Program-made: the position numbers and the translations under genes
In this document: positions 1-9,871 of the stretch, in pieces
How positions within the stretch are numbered: position 1 is the stretch's first letter
Layout: each line of letters begins with the position of its first letter
The notes under the pieces: model-generated
What the model saw: the letters and a program-made list of their open reading frames with translations, nothing else
Databases searched by the model: none
What the model was told of the DNA's origin: nothing
Virus record (IMG/VR): IMGVR_UViG_3300020421_001669
Coordinates: 97,407-161,406 of that record
Strand: one strand, 5' to 3'
Length of the DNA stretch: 64,000 nucleotides
Source of the DNA: a virus

Positions 1-1
1 C

Positions 2-1804
2 AATCGTGAATTGTTGAAGGTTGATATGAAGGGTGTCATTCAACTTGACTACATGGACTTGTACAAAAAGTTTACTTATACTTTCCAAGAAAGTTATCGA
101 CTTGATTACATTGCTGAGGTAGAACTTGGTAAGAAGAAACTGGAGAGTGGATACGAAACATTCCGCGAGTTCTATGAGAATGATTGGAATCGATTCATTG
201 ACTACAACATCATCGATACTGTTCTGGTTGACGAACTTGATGACAAGATGAAATTCTTGGAACTGATTATTACAATGGGATATGACTGTAAATGTAATTA
301 CAATGATATCTTTTCATCTGTGAGAACTTGGGATTGTTTGTTATTCAATCATCTACTTGAAAAGAACATTATGATTCCTCAGAAGAAGGAACACTTCTCT
401 AAGGGATTTGCTGGTGGTTATGTGCAAGACCCGAAGGTGGGTAAGTACAAGTGGGTTGTATCAGTTGATGCGACTTCTCTGTATCCATCTATCATCATGC
501 AACATAATCTATCACCAGAGATGTTGGCAGAGGGACACAAACCTTTGGACTGTACAGTTGATAGTATTCTGGAAAGGAAACATGTTCTCAAAAGATTGAA
601 GGAAGCAGACTTATCCATGGCAGCCAACGGTTATATGTTTGCTAGAAACTCGCAAGGATTCATGGCAGAAATTACTCAGAAGTTTTTTGATGACAGACAG
701 AAGTACAAGAAACTCATGAAGAAGGCAGAACAGGATTTTGAGGATACCAAGAATCCAGAACTCAAGAAAGATATTGCGAAGTTCAACAACTTCCAGATGG
801 CAAGAAAGATTCAATTGAACTCTCTCTTTGGTGCGATAGGTAACAAGTGGTTCAGATATTTCGATGAACGCATCGCAGAGGCAATCACACTAACTGGTCA
901 GTTAATCATTCGTGATACTGGTAAGGCAGTTGATGAGTTTCTAAACAAGTTTCTTGGTACAGAGGATGTTGAGTATTCGTTCTATACTGATACTGATAGT
1001 TGTTATGTGACTCTTGATAAGATGGTGGAAGAACATCTACAGGGTAAATCTCGTGATGAGATTATCAATATACTTGACAACTTTGTCGAGAACAAACTAG
1101 AACCAGCAATCAATGGTAGAATGGTTGAACTTGGTGAGTACATGAATGTATTCCAACCCAAGATATTCTTCAAACGAGAGGCGATTGCGGATACTGGTAT
1201 CTGGGTTGCAAAGAAAAGATACGCATTGAATGTATGGGACAATGAAGGTGTTCGATACAAGGAACCCAAACTCAAGGTGATGGGTCTGGAGATTGTAAGG
1301 TCTTCTACACCAGCACCAGTTCGTTCAAGTCTCAAAAAGGCAGTTGAGTTATGTTTGAACAAGGATGAAAAAGAATTACAGGATTTTGTTGAGGATACAT
1401 GGCAGGCATTTTCTAAGATGTCTCCAGAAGAAATTGCCTTCCCACGCGGATGTAACAATATTGATAAGTATTCCTCAAGAGAAACAGTTTATACTAAGGG
1501 AACTCCGATGCATGTTCGGGGTGCCTTGGTTTACAATCACTTGATTAGGACTCAGAAACTAGAGAAGAAGTATCAAACCATTCAAGATGGTGACAAGATT
1601 AAATTTCTTTATCTGAAAGAACCTAATCATGTGAGAGAAAATACCGTGGCGATGAATGGTCTTATGCCGAAAGAGTTTGACTTGCATCGTTACATTGATT
1701 ATGAAACAATGTTTGAGAAAGCATTTATTGACCCATTGACTACTATAGTCACCAGTTTGGATTGGAAGACTAGACCAGTAGCAACATTGGAGTCGTTATT
1801 TTAG
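2..1804 (+). CDS. 43: DNA polymerase, family B (T4 gp43-like); 5' end lies outside the window
   Basis: PolB motifs DATSLYPS, KIQLNSLFG, YTDTDS, KKRYAL; the frame is open from the window edge. Confidence 0.97.
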   Translation, partial: NRELLKVDMKGVIQLDYMDLYKKFTYTFQESYRLDYIAEVELGKKKLESGYETFREFYENDWNRFIDYNIIDTVLVDELDDKMKFLELIITMGYDCKCNYNDIFSSVRTWDCLLFNHLLEKNIMIPQKKEHFSKGFAGGYVQDPKVGKYKWVVSVDATSLYPSIIMQHNLSPEMLAEGHKPLDCTVDSILERKHVLKRLKEADLSMAANGYMFARNSQGFMAEITQKFFDDRQKYKKLMKKAEQDFEDTKNPELKKDIAKFNNFQMARKIQLNSLFGAIGNKWFRYFDERIAEAITLTGQLIIRDTGKAVDEFLNKFLGTEDVEYSFYTDTDSCYVTLDKMVEEHLQGKSRDEIINILDNFVENKLEPAINGRMVELGEYMNVFQPKIFFKREAIADTGIWVAKKRYALNVWDNEGVRYKEPKLKVMGLEIVRSSTPAPVRSSLKKAVELCLNKDEKELQDFVEDTWQAFSKMSPEEIAFPRGCNNIDKYSSRETVYTKGTPMHVRGALVYNHLIRTQKLEKKYQTIQDGDKIKFLYLKEPNHVRENTVAMNGLMPKEFDLHRYIDYETMFEKAFIDPLTTIVTSLDWKTRPVATLESLF

Positions 1805-1806
1805 GA

Positions 1807-2871
1807 GTGAATATGAGCACATTAGATAAATTAAAAAAGAACTCAACGATAAAACAAACTGAAGTTTTATCCAAGAGTAAATTTCTGAACAACAAAGATG
1901 TGGTTCAGACAACTGTACCCGCCTTGAATGTGGCATTGAGTGGTAAGTTGGATGGTGGATTGAGTACAGGTCTAACAGTTTTTGCTGGCCCATCTAAACA
2001 TTTCAAGACTGCTTTTGCCATGTTATTGTCAAAATCTTATTTGGATAAATATGATGATGGAGTGGTGTTATTTTATGACTCAGAGTTCGGCGCTCCTCAA
2101 GGATATTTCGACAGTTTCGGCATAGATACAGATAGGGTTGTTCACACGCCTGTCACAGACATAGAACAACTCAAACACGATGTGATGTCCCAACTCCAAG
2201 GTATCGAAAGAGGTGACCGAGTAATTATTATTGTGGACTCAGTAGGTAACCTTGCCTCGCGTAAAGAAGTTGAAGATGCGATAGATGGTAAGTCAGTTGC
2301 CGATATGACTCGTGCAAAACAAATGAAATCCCTGTTTCGTATGGTGACTCCTCACCTAACAATCAAAGATATTCCAGCGGTGGTTGTAAACCACACATAC
2401 AAAGAAATCGGCTTGTTCCCCAAAGATATAGTTTCTGGGGGTACTGGTGTATATTATAGTGCTGATAATATCTTTATTATTGGAAGACAACAAGAAAAAC
2501 AAGGGAAGGATGTTGTAGGATACAACTTTATTATCAATGTTGAGAAGTCAAGATTTGTTCGGGAGAAGTCGCGTATACCCATTGAAGTTACATGGGAAGG
2601 TGGCATTAGCAAGTGGTCTGGTCTCCTTGATATGGCTCTTGAGTCTGGTCATGTTGTCAAACCATCAAACGGATGGTATGCGAAATCTGATGACCCAGAT
2701 GCGCCGAAATTCAGAATTAAAGATACATACACAAAAGACTTCTGGATACCTATCCTTAGCGACAAAACTTTCATCCAGTGGATTGAGGACAGATACCTAA
2801 TGTCTGCTGACGCTATCATGCAGTCAGAAGTAAGCGAAGAGGATATACAGGATGCCTACTCCGAAGTGTGA
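1807..2871 (+). CDS. uvsX: UvsX RecA-like recombinase
   Basis: AGPSKHFKT Walker A, FYDSEFG, IIIVDSVGNLAS; T4 gene order gp43-uvsX-gp41. Confidence 0.96.
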   Translation: MNMSTLDKLKKNSTIKQTEVLSKSKFLNNKDVVQTTVPALNVALSGKLDGGLSTGLTVFAGPSKHFKTAFAMLLSKSYLDKYDDGVVLFYDSEFGAPQGYFDSFGIDTDRVVHTPVTDIEQLKHDVMSQLQGIERGDRVIIIVDSVGNLASRKEVEDAIDGKSVADMTRAKQMKSLFRMVTPHLTIKDIPAVVVNHTYKEIGLFPKDIVSGGTGVYYSADNIFIIGRQQEKQGKDVVGYNFIINVEKSRFVREKSRIPIEVTWEGGISKWSGLLDMALESGHVVKPSNGWYAKSDDPDAPKFRIKDTYTKDFWIPILSDKTFIQWIEDRYLMSADAIMQSEVSEEDIQDAYSEV

Positions 2872-3028
2872 TAGGTGTGGGACTGGCATTGACTTAGAAA
2901 TTGATGCTGGAATATGTTTTAGACACGATGACGGAGAAGCATATCTCTGTGAGAAGTGTGTTGAAGAAGTGAAGACGGATTTTTATAATGAGATTAGAAC
3001 AAACAATACTATCGAATCTGATACATAA
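2852..3028 (+). CDS. Small zinc-finger-like protein, 58 aa (not in ORF track)
   Basis: MPTPKCDRCG...YLCEKCVEE with two CxxC pairs; GAGGA Shine-Dalgarno upstream; fills the uvsX-gp41 gap. Confidence 0.7.
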   Translation: MPTPKCDRCGTGIDLEIDAGICFRHDDGEAYLCEKCVEEVKTDFYNEIRTNNTIESDT

Positions 3029-4367
3029 CGAAGAGTATGTCAGACAATCAATTGCACATTTAAAGGCATCTTATTTTTTGGATGCTGAATACCGAGAAGT
3101 ATTCAAGTGTGTTCGTGATTATGTAACTGCATATAATTCTCCACCACAGACAAGTGCAATCAAGATTGCCTTACAAGACAACAAAAAAATTACAGAAGAC
3201 CTCTACTTAAAATGTGAGGAACTTATTAATAGTTGTAAGGTAGTTGATGTTGATAACAGGTGGTTGATTGACCAGACAGAAAAGTTCTGCAAAGACAAGG
3301 CAGTTTACAATGCTATCATGCAATCTATTCAGATTATCGATGGGCAAGACAAAACACATTCAGTAGATGCTCTGCCTTCTATATTATCTGATGCTCTTAG
3401 TGTTGGGTTTGACAATAACATTGGTCACGATTATGTGGGTGATGCTGAACAACGATTTGATTTCTATCATAGACACGAAGAGAAGTTGCCATTTGACCTA
3501 GATTATTTCAACAAGATTACTGAAGGTGGATTGATAAACAAGACACTGAATATCGCTCTTGCTGGTACAGGTGTTGGTAAATCTCTTTTCATGTGTCATG
3601 TGGGTGCATCCATGATTGCTCAAGGTAAGAATGTTTTGTATATCACATTGGAAATGGCAGAAGAAAGAATCGCTGAAAGAATCGATGCGAACATGATGGA
3701 TGTTTCCATGCAAGATTTGAGAGACTTATCCAAGTCCATGTACACAGACCGTATTCAGAAAATCAAAAACAAAGTTGACGGTAGATTGATTGTCAAAGAA
3801 TATCCAACTGCTACTGCTCATGCTGGTCACTTCAGAGCTCTTCTTGAAGAACTAAAACTAAAACAAAATTTCGCACCAGATATTATCTTTATTGATTACC
3901 TAAACATTTGTGTCAGTCAAAGATTAAGAAACAATGCTGGTGCAAACTCATACACTATTGTCAAGGCAATTGCAGAAGAATTGAGAGGTTTGGCAGTTGA
4001 ATATGATGTTCCTATTGTATCTGCAACACAAACCACGCGAGGTGGATTCAACAATAGTGATGTTGATTTGACAGATACTTCAGAAAGTTTTGGTTTGCCT
4101 GCAACTGCTGATTTGATGTTTGCTCTTATAAGTACAGAGGAATTAGAACAACAAGGTCACATGATGGTCAAACAATTGAAGAACAGGTACAGTGACCCCA
4201 CAAGAAACAAACGATTTATGATTGGTGTTGACAGAGCAAAAATGAGACTTTATGATTTAGATGATGCTCAACAAAATTTGGTAGACTCTGGACAGGAAGA
4301 TGTACAACCAGTGTTCGACAAAGGTGCATTTGGAAGTAGAATGAACTTGTCGGATATAAAAGTATAA
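2988..4367 (+). CDS. 41: Replicative DnaB-like helicase (gp41)
   Basis: AGTGVGKS Walker A, ITLEMAEE, IFIDYLN, SATQTTR, SESFGLPATAD. Confidence 0.97.
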   Translation: MRLEQTILSNLIHNEEYVRQSIAHLKASYFLDAEYREVFKCVRDYVTAYNSPPQTSAIKIALQDNKKITEDLYLKCEELINSCKVVDVDNRWLIDQTEKFCKDKAVYNAIMQSIQIIDGQDKTHSVDALPSILSDALSVGFDNNIGHDYVGDAEQRFDFYHRHEEKLPFDLDYFNKITEGGLINKTLNIALAGTGVGKSLFMCHVGASMIAQGKNVLYITLEMAEERIAERIDANMMDVSMQDLRDLSKSMYTDRIQKIKNKVDGRLIVKEYPTATAHAGHFRALLEELKLKQNFAPDIIFIDYLNICVSQRLRNNAGANSYTIVKAIAEELRGLAVEYDVPIVSATQTTRGGFNNSDVDLTDTSESFGLPATADLMFALISTEELEQQGHMMVKQLKNRYSDPTRNKRFMIGVDRAKMRLYDLDDAQQNLVDSGQEDVQPVFDKGAFGSRMNLSDIKV

Positions 4368-4370
4368 ATA
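4363..4370 (+). promoter_or_regulatory. T4-type late promoter (gp55 sigma)
   Basis: TATAAATA immediately upstream of the spanin genes. Confidence 0.8.
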
Positions 4371-4375
4371 GGCCT

Positions 4376-4759
4376 ATGATTAGTAAAGTATTATTTGGTG
4401 TCATTTTAGCTGGTGGGCTTGTCGGGTACTTGTATTACACAAATACTCAGGCAGAACTCATTGAGCTTCGTGAATATAATATGGCGATGGAATTACAAGT
4501 CGCCACACAAAATGAAACCATTGATAAGATGTCTAAACAATACGAAACACAAGCAAAAGCGCTTGGTGAGTTGACTTCTAAGAATGCTGAGATTGAAGCG
4601 GAAATGTCAAGATACCTTGATATTTTTCGTAGACATGACCTTAGTAAACTTGCAGCTGCTAAACCAGGCCTAATTGAACCAAGGGTGAATAATGCAACAA
4701 AAGAAGTATTTGACAGCCTCGAAACTGATTCCAGTTTTGAGTTTGATGCTGATAATTAG
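4376..4759 (+). CDS. Inner-membrane spanin (Rz-like)
   Basis: N-terminal TM helix then coiled coil; overlaps a lipoprotein gene. Confidence 0.75.
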   Translation: MISKVLFGVILAGGLVGYLYYTNTQAELIELREYNMAMELQVATQNETIDKMSKQYETQAKALGELTSKNAEIEAEMSRYLDIFRRHDLSKLAAAKPGLIEPRVNNATKEVFDSLETDSSFEFDADN

Positions 4760-5111
4760 TGGTTGTTCTTTAATACCAAAACAACCGCGTGAGGTAGAAA
4801 TCAAAACCGTAGAGGTGCGTATACCTATACAGCATCCTGTGTATCCTAGACCCATCGATATGAAAGAACCCAAGTGGTATGTCGTATCCGATAAAAATTT
4901 AGACGAATTTCTTACTAAGATAGAAAAGGAATCTGGAAAGATGGTCTTTATGGCCATGTCTGTTCCAGACTATGAGCTCATGGCGTATAATCTGCAAGAG
5001 ATTAAACGATTCGTGAAAGAAACTAAAGAAGTGATTGTGTATTACAGAACTGTTATGTCAGATGATGAAGAACCATTAGGAGAAGAATCAAATGGCAAAG
5101 GAAACGATTGA
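4692..5111 (+). CDS. Outer-membrane spanin lipoprotein (Rz1-like)
   Basis: Lipobox LIISG-C followed by a Pro-rich segment; overlaps the 3' end of the i-spanin. Confidence 0.75.
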   Translation: MQQKKYLTASKLIPVLSLMLIISGCSLIPKQPREVEIKTVEVRIPIQHPVYPRPIDMKEPKWYVVSDKNLDEFLTKIEKESGKMVFMAMSVPDYELMAYNLQEIKRFVKETKEVIVYYRTVMSDDEEPLGEESNGKGND

Positions 5112-5484
5112 CACAGGAACTAATAAAGTAGATGTTGATTTAGATAGATACACCGACTTAATTTTGAAACTTGACGAAGCGCAAGACAAGATTAGGGAGA
5201 TGGAGAAAATCACAAAAGAGTTAAAGATTACAACCAAGGCTGCACAACCAAGCACAAAATTTTCATTTGGTGCTTTGTTTAGGGACGAAAACGATATCAA
5301 CGAGAAATCTATCATAGGATTTGCATCATTTATCATGATGCTCGCGTTTGGTATTGTTGACCTAGTAACAGGGTTTTGGGGTCAAGATATAACAATATCC
5401 GATACAATCTACACTTCATTTGTGGTAGTAACTCTGGGTGCTTTTGGAATTGCTGAGGCAGGGAAGGCATTCAGTAAACAATAA
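5092..5484 (+). CDS. Membrane protein, possible holin
   Basis: Coiled-coil N-terminus and two C-terminal TM helices; follows the spanins. Confidence 0.45.
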   Translation: MAKETIDTGTNKVDVDLDRYTDLILKLDEAQDKIREMEKITKELKITTKAAQPSTKFSFGALFRDENDINEKSIIGFASFIMMLAFGIVDLVTGFWGQDITISDTIYTSFVVVTLGAFGIAEAGKAFSKQ

Positions 5485-5507
5485 CTTGACATAAGGAGAA
5501 AATAGAA

Positions 5508-5723
5508 GTGAAAAAAGCGATAGTTTTCGCAACACTTTTTTTACTAACTACTGGATGTACAACATCTGGACAAAAAATTAAATCAATGAAACAATACTCT
5601 AATCCAGACGAGATGGTATATTGCGAAACTTTTGGCGGAAAGAAGTATTGTACTGTTATGAGTGAAGGGCAGATTAACGAAAAGTTAAATGCCCTTTTAA
5701 GTTCGCCGAGGATGAGGTTTTAG
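5508..5723 (+). CDS. Small lipoprotein
   Basis: MKK, hydrophobic stretch, LTTG-C lipobox; AGGAG SD. Confidence 0.65.
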   Translation: MKKAIVFATLFLLTTGCTTSGQKIKSMKQYSNPDEMVYCETFGGKKYCTVMSEGQINEKLNALLSSPRMRF

Positions 5724-6227
5724 GTGACTCGTTTTTCTCCAAATCAATGGTTTGAACTTCCTCTTTCTATATCTGAGGACTTGAAAGAAGAACTACTGAA
5801 CTGGGATATAGAGAACGCGAAAAACTATTTTATCCATGAACCAGAAGAAAACCATAGATTAGAGTTTTTGGAAATTCCTTTAACTAGGGTCAAAGAAGTG
5901 GCAGATAAATTTATGATTACTCCCACTAGAGCAACACTGGTTGCAATAGAACCCAATAGTGGTATTCCATTCCATACGGATGGGCAAACACACGATTATT
6001 GGAGACCAACCATAGCTTGTTTTCCACTATTTCCAAACTCTAAAACCTATGAATGTACTGAGTACAGGGATGGATTTGTGCCATATTGTGACTCTTATAT
6101 CTTTAACACACAAGAAGAACACAGGGCAGCAGCTGGTGATTGTAGGAGAATAAACCTACAATTATGGTTCGACCAACTCTTTGGAGAGGTAAAAACTTTA
6201 TTCGACAGCGGTAAGTTGTTGATTTAA
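5724..6227 (+). CDS. 2OG-Fe(II) oxygenase / cupin (AspH-like)
   Basis: HxD (FHTD), distal H (EEHRA) and RINLQ. Confidence 0.6.
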   Translation: MTRFSPNQWFELPLSISEDLKEELLNWDIENAKNYFIHEPEENHRLEFLEIPLTRVKEVADKFMITPTRATLVAIEPNSGIPFHTDGQTHDYWRPTIACFPLFPNSKTYECTEYRDGFVPYCDSYIFNTQEEHRAAAGDCRRINLQLWFDQLFGEVKTLFDSGKLLI

Positions 6228-6298
6228 AACGATATTTAATTTCACTTTTTTTCGCTTTGGCCCTTGACTTTTGGGTCAAAATATGGGATCATGATCAT
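6212..6298 (+). promoter_or_regulatory. Early sigma70 promoter with upstream IHF site and GATC-containing -10
   Basis: IHF consensus on minus strand 6212-6224; TTGACT 6264-6269, 17-nt spacer, TGnGATCAT; followed by a second GATC. Confidence 0.75.
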
Positions 6299-6311
6299 AT
6301 AAATTAGAGAA

Positions 6312-6686
6312 GTGAGAGAAAATATGCAAAAACAAATCGAAAACCTACTAACCTTAATCAACGAAGACTACGCGAGGTGGACTACTCGTTCTTGGGAAGC
6401 CAATGACTTTGGTGGAGAAGAAAGGCGAGATGCTCGCATTGCTGAGTTCGCTGATAAACTGGTTGTCAAAGAAGGTCAGAAATACATCAAGATTATTTCA
6501 GACAATTCAGTCTGGGGATTCATTGTCAAGGGTGACAATGATAAGTTATTTCAAAAGGGTGATGTTTTAAAACCCGCTGGTTGGGCTGCCCCCGCTAGGA
6601 ACAAACCTAGAGGCAATGTCTTTGAGATGTTGGAAGGTAAGGGAACTGGTTGGGTAAGATGGACTGGCCCTCAGTACTTACGATAG
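6312..6686 (+). CDS. Early hypothetical phage protein
   Basis: First gene after the early promoter; GDVLKPAGWAAPARNKPRGN motif. Confidence 0.8.
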   Translation: MRENMQKQIENLLTLINEDYARWTTRSWEANDFGGEERRDARIAEFADKLVVKEGQKYIKIISDNSVWGFIVKGDNDKLFQKGDVLKPAGWAAPARNKPRGNVFEMLEGKGTGWVRWTGPQYLR

Positions 6687-6690
6687 GAGA

Positions 6691-7098
6691 ATGAGAATGA
6701 TTGGTGATATAATTGCTGAAAAAGCTTATCTCAAAACCCAGATAAATAAATGGGAAGAAATTGTAGACAACATTGATTCTGCTGTTCGCAAGGTGAACGA
6801 AGAAACAAAAGTTATCAAGTACAATGATGTTCCTAGTAACATTTATATTACGGTTGAAGGGATTGCCGATGATTTGGGACTAAAGTTAAGTTCCGAAAAA
6901 AGTCAAGAACTGAAAAAAGAACTTGAATGGAAAATCAACGAAGTCCGTGAGGCGGTTAGCACTCTGGAATCTGCCATGTACAATTTGGTAGAACCATTTG
7001 AAGACATGAAAAGTGATGCTGAAAACAAGAAAGATGATTTTGAGTATGAACTTGATGACTTGGAGTGGGAAGAGGAAAAACTTCAAAACGCTTCATAG
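6691..7098 (+). CDS. Acidic coiled-coil hypothetical protein
   Basis: ORF with SD and heptad pattern. Confidence 0.75.
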   Translation: MRMIGDIIAEKAYLKTQINKWEEIVDNIDSAVRKVNEETKVIKYNDVPSNIYITVEGIADDLGLKLSSEKSQELKKELEWKINEVREAVSTLESAMYNLVEPFEDMKSDAENKKDDFEYELDDLEWEEEKLQNAS

Positions 7099-7203
7099 TT
7101 TTAAGGCGAATACAGGATGCCTGCTAAAGTCTGTATAGGTTGATGACCGAACATCCGCGAGGGGAATGAAAACGCCCCTCAACCTTTATTAATTGGAGAA
7201 ATT

Positions 7204-7476
7204 ATGAATCAGAATGATATAGTATCGGTGATTACACCAGCTGGTGAGTTTATAGGTAAACTTGCTTTTGAAACAGACACGCGATTGAAATTAAATGACC
7301 CACGCATGTTGATTACAACAAATGAAGGCATGGGGTTTGCTCGGGGAGTTTGCCTTACTGGTGTTGAGAATCCCGATGAGATGACATTTTACTCTGGTGG
7401 GATTGTTTTTGTTTCCCCAACCAATGAAGATGTGCAAAAATCTTATCGTAAATTCACAAGTGGAATTATAACATGA
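7204..7476 (+). CDS. Hypothetical protein, possible Sm-like fold
   Basis: VSVITPAGEFIGKL...LNDPRM beta-strand pattern; GGAG SD. Confidence 0.6.
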   Translation: MNQNDIVSVITPAGEFIGKLAFETDTRLKLNDPRMLITTNEGMGFARGVCLTGVENPDEMTFYSGGIVFVSPTNEDVQKSYRKFTSGIIT

Positions 7477-7694
7477 CCGAAAAATTACAAAAGATTGCTG
7501 ATGAAATTTCAAAGTGGGATGATAAACACGAACCTCTCGCTCAAGATATTTTAGATGCGTACAAATTTATATATAGATTACTAGACCCAGAAGGATTTGG
7601 GTTTGCTGTATCCGCTGAGGTTAGGGATGCTGCTCGAGTAGTCGTAGGACTAGAACCAGTGGAACAAAACCTATACAAAGCGAAAGATGAGTGA
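7473..7694 (+). CDS. Hypothetical protein
   Basis: ATGA-coupled ORF. Confidence 0.7.
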   Translation: MTEKLQKIADEISKWDDKHEPLAQDILDAYKFIYRLLDPEGFGFAVSAEVRDAARVVVGLEPVEQNLYKAKDE

Positions 7695-8055
7695 CGAAAC
7701 TAAGCAATTAGAATTAGACCTAAAAATACCTAAGTCAGATGAGGGAGAAGAGATGACCCCGAAATTCACTCCAGAAGAGATAGAAAATTCCAAAAGGATT
7801 TTTAAATCTGCTACACCAAAGTATGACCTTAGTTGGTATGTTAAGTGGGCATCTTCAATTCTTATTCTGATTGCTCTTACTATAAGAGCTGCTGATTATC
7901 CACGCATATACGATATGTGGTTTGGATTTGTTGGTATGATTGGTTGGACTTATGTTGGAATTCTATGGAAAGATAGGGCGATAATCATCATGAACATTAT
8001 CAGTACAATCCTTCTGGCTATTGGTCTCTTAACACATTATAGAGGATTATTCTAA
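7687..8055 (+). CDS. Small membrane protein (3 TM)
   Basis: WYVKWASS followed by three hydrophobic helices. Confidence 0.7.
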   Translation: MSDETKQLELDLKIPKSDEGEEMTPKFTPEEIENSKRIFKSATPKYDLSWYVKWASSILILIALTIRAADYPRIYDMWFGFVGMIGWTYVGILWKDRAIIIMNIISTILLAIGLLTHYRGLF

Positions 8056-8375
8056 TGCCAATTTACGAAATTGAGAACACCGAAACAGGTGAAGTCTTTG
8101 AAGTCATGATGAGGATTGATGACAAAGAAAAAATGATGAAGAAAAATCCACACTTTCGACAAGTACCATCCGCACCAGCTTTAAACTTTGGTGGTGTTGG
8201 AGATAGGGTAAAACCCGATGGTGGATTTAAAGATGTTCTGTCCAGAATCGCAGATTCAAATCCAACATCAGCTCTTGCAGATGATTATGGAAAGAAAGAT
8301 AAAAAATCAGTCGCTGTCCGTGACAGTATGAAACGAGTCAAAAAGAAATTAGGTTCTATCACAGACGGTTCATAA
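8055..8375 (+). CDS. FmdB-like protein common in T4-like phages
   Basis: MPIYE...ETGEVFE N-terminus; zinc-binding Cys residues absent. Confidence 0.6.
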   Translation: MPIYEIENTETGEVFEVMMRIDDKEKMMKKNPHFRQVPSAPALNFGGVGDRVKPDGGFKDVLSRIADSNPTSALADDYGKKDKKSVAVRDSMKRVKKKLGSITDGS

Positions 8376-8379
8376 TATT

Positions 8380-8820
8380 ATGAAGATAATGACATTGTGG
8401 GGTGAAGAAGAAGTTCATAACACAAGAATGTGTATACACTGTAAACAGGTAAAACACGAAGACGAATTTGGTATAAGGTCATATACGAAAAATGGAGTTA
8501 AATCAGAAAGAAGAAATGATTGCAATTCCTGTCGTAAAAAAGAAACTAAAATAAGAAATCAATTAAAGAAACAATATCCTAGACCTACTAATAAGGACTA
8601 TAAATGTCCTAGATGTAATAGAAGTCAACAAGACTTTATTGATGAGGGTAGATTTGTTCATACCAAGAAGAAGTCTATATTTGTTTTAGACCATGACCAT
8701 GAAACAGGACAATTCAGAGGATGGATATGTGACTACTGTAATACTATATGTGCAAGAGCATACGATGACCCCAGTATATTAGAGGCAAATGCAAGGGCAT
8801 TAAGAGAATTCAAATTGTGA
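8380..8820 (+). CDS. Endonuclease VII-family (His-Me) nuclease
   Basis: CPRC...LDHDHETGQFRGWICDYCN. Confidence 0.85.
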   Translation: MKIMTLWGEEEVHNTRMCIHCKQVKHEDEFGIRSYTKNGVKSERRNDCNSCRKKETKIRNQLKKQYPRPTNKDYKCPRCNRSQQDFIDEGRFVHTKKKSIFVLDHDHETGQFRGWICDYCNTICARAYDDPSILEANARALREFKL

Positions 8821-8921
8821 ATATTACCACTTTTTATTATTGACTTTTGATTCAAATTAGTGTTAAATATATAGGTGTCAAATAAGTGACACAACTCATA
8901 ACTCGACAAGAGGACTATGTT

Positions 8922-9806
8922 ATGAAATGGCTCAAAATGATTACTGCAATCTTTTTGATTTCAGTAGTAAATGTGGGGTGCGCTTCAGCCTCTGGTGGTA
9001 ATTACTATGAAGCCGTGCAAAGGGCAGCAGAGGCGAAAGCTAAAGTGTCTGAAGCACGATATCGAGCTCTCGCTCAAGTCGCATCTAGTGGTGATGGTCA
9101 GGCTGCATCTGCAGCTGTTATGGCAATCGCACTATCGAATGAAGACACAATCGTTCCACAGTATGTCGAATCTTCTGCTCTGAAATGGGCGCAAGTATTG
9201 ACACCAACTATCGGAACACTGGGGTTGGGTATCGTTCAAGCAAATGTTGCTAAGAACGCCGCTAACAAGGCTGCCGAAGTTCAAATGGCTTCTATGCAGG
9301 CAAACGCGGATATCCAATTAGGTCAACAAACCATGATTAGTAACATGGGTGGACAGTGGGCAGAGGTTGCAGCTGCTGGCGGACAGGCAACAGTTGATGT
9401 TGCTCTCGCTGGATTTGGCGCACTCAATACCGCTGGTGACCAAACTGTTACACTCGGTCTCGCTGGGTTAGATACTGCTGACAGTATCGCAACCACTGGT
9501 TTCACCACTGCTGGTGACATTGCTACAGTTGGTATGAACAACCTCAACGATATGGGTCAGTTTGGTATTACCACTGTTGGCGCAGTCGGAATGTACGGTA
9601 TCGATGCAGCTGAAACTTTAGGTATTCAAGGTATGTTGGGTATTCATGAAACCAATGAAGATTGGTTAACTTATACCACTAGTAGTGATACTAACTTTGC
9701 TCAGATTCTTGCAGATTTTAACGCAACAATCTTGCAATTTGGAACTGATTTGGGAACCCCTATCACATGTAACAATGACGGAAATGGAGTATTCAACTGT
9801 CAATAG
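8922..9806 (+). CDS. Ala/Gly-rich lipoprotein with 11-residue repeats
   Basis: Lipobox VNVG-C; GAGGA SD; hendecad repeats at 9453-9650. Confidence 0.65.
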   Translation: MKWLKMITAIFLISVVNVGCASASGGNYYEAVQRAAEAKAKVSEARYRALAQVASSGDGQAASAAVMAIALSNEDTIVPQYVESSALKWAQVLTPTIGTLGLGIVQANVAKNAANKAAEVQMASMQANADIQLGQQTMISNMGGQWAEVAAAGGQATVDVALAGFGALNTAGDQTVTLGLAGLDTADSIATTGFTTAGDIATVGMNNLNDMGQFGITTVGAVGMYGIDAAETLGIQGMLGIHETNEDWLTYTTSSDTNFAQILADFNATILQFGTDLGTPITCNNDGNGVFNCQ

Positions 9807-9820
9807 TTACATAAAAGTTG

Positions 9821-9828
9821 TATAAATA
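9821..9828 (+). promoter_or_regulatory. T4-type late promoter
   Basis: TATAAATA. Confidence 0.75.
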
Positions 9829-9829
9829 G

Positions 9830-9855
9830 AGGGGACATTGAGTCCCCTTTTTTTT
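9830..9855 (+). terminator. Intrinsic terminator
   Basis: AGGGGAC-attga-GTCCCCT followed by a T run. Confidence 0.85.
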
Positions 9856-9871
9856 AATTATGAGGTAAATT

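Noticed and set aside
11-1804. Split or exonuclease-less DNA polymerase
   Set aside because: The frame is open to the window edge, so the missing N-terminus is simply upstream.
8840-8870. Promoter for the 11-mer-repeat lipoprotein (TTGACT...TGTTAAAT)
   Set aside because: The -10 is a poor match to both sigma70 and late consensus, so it is too weak to list as a feature.
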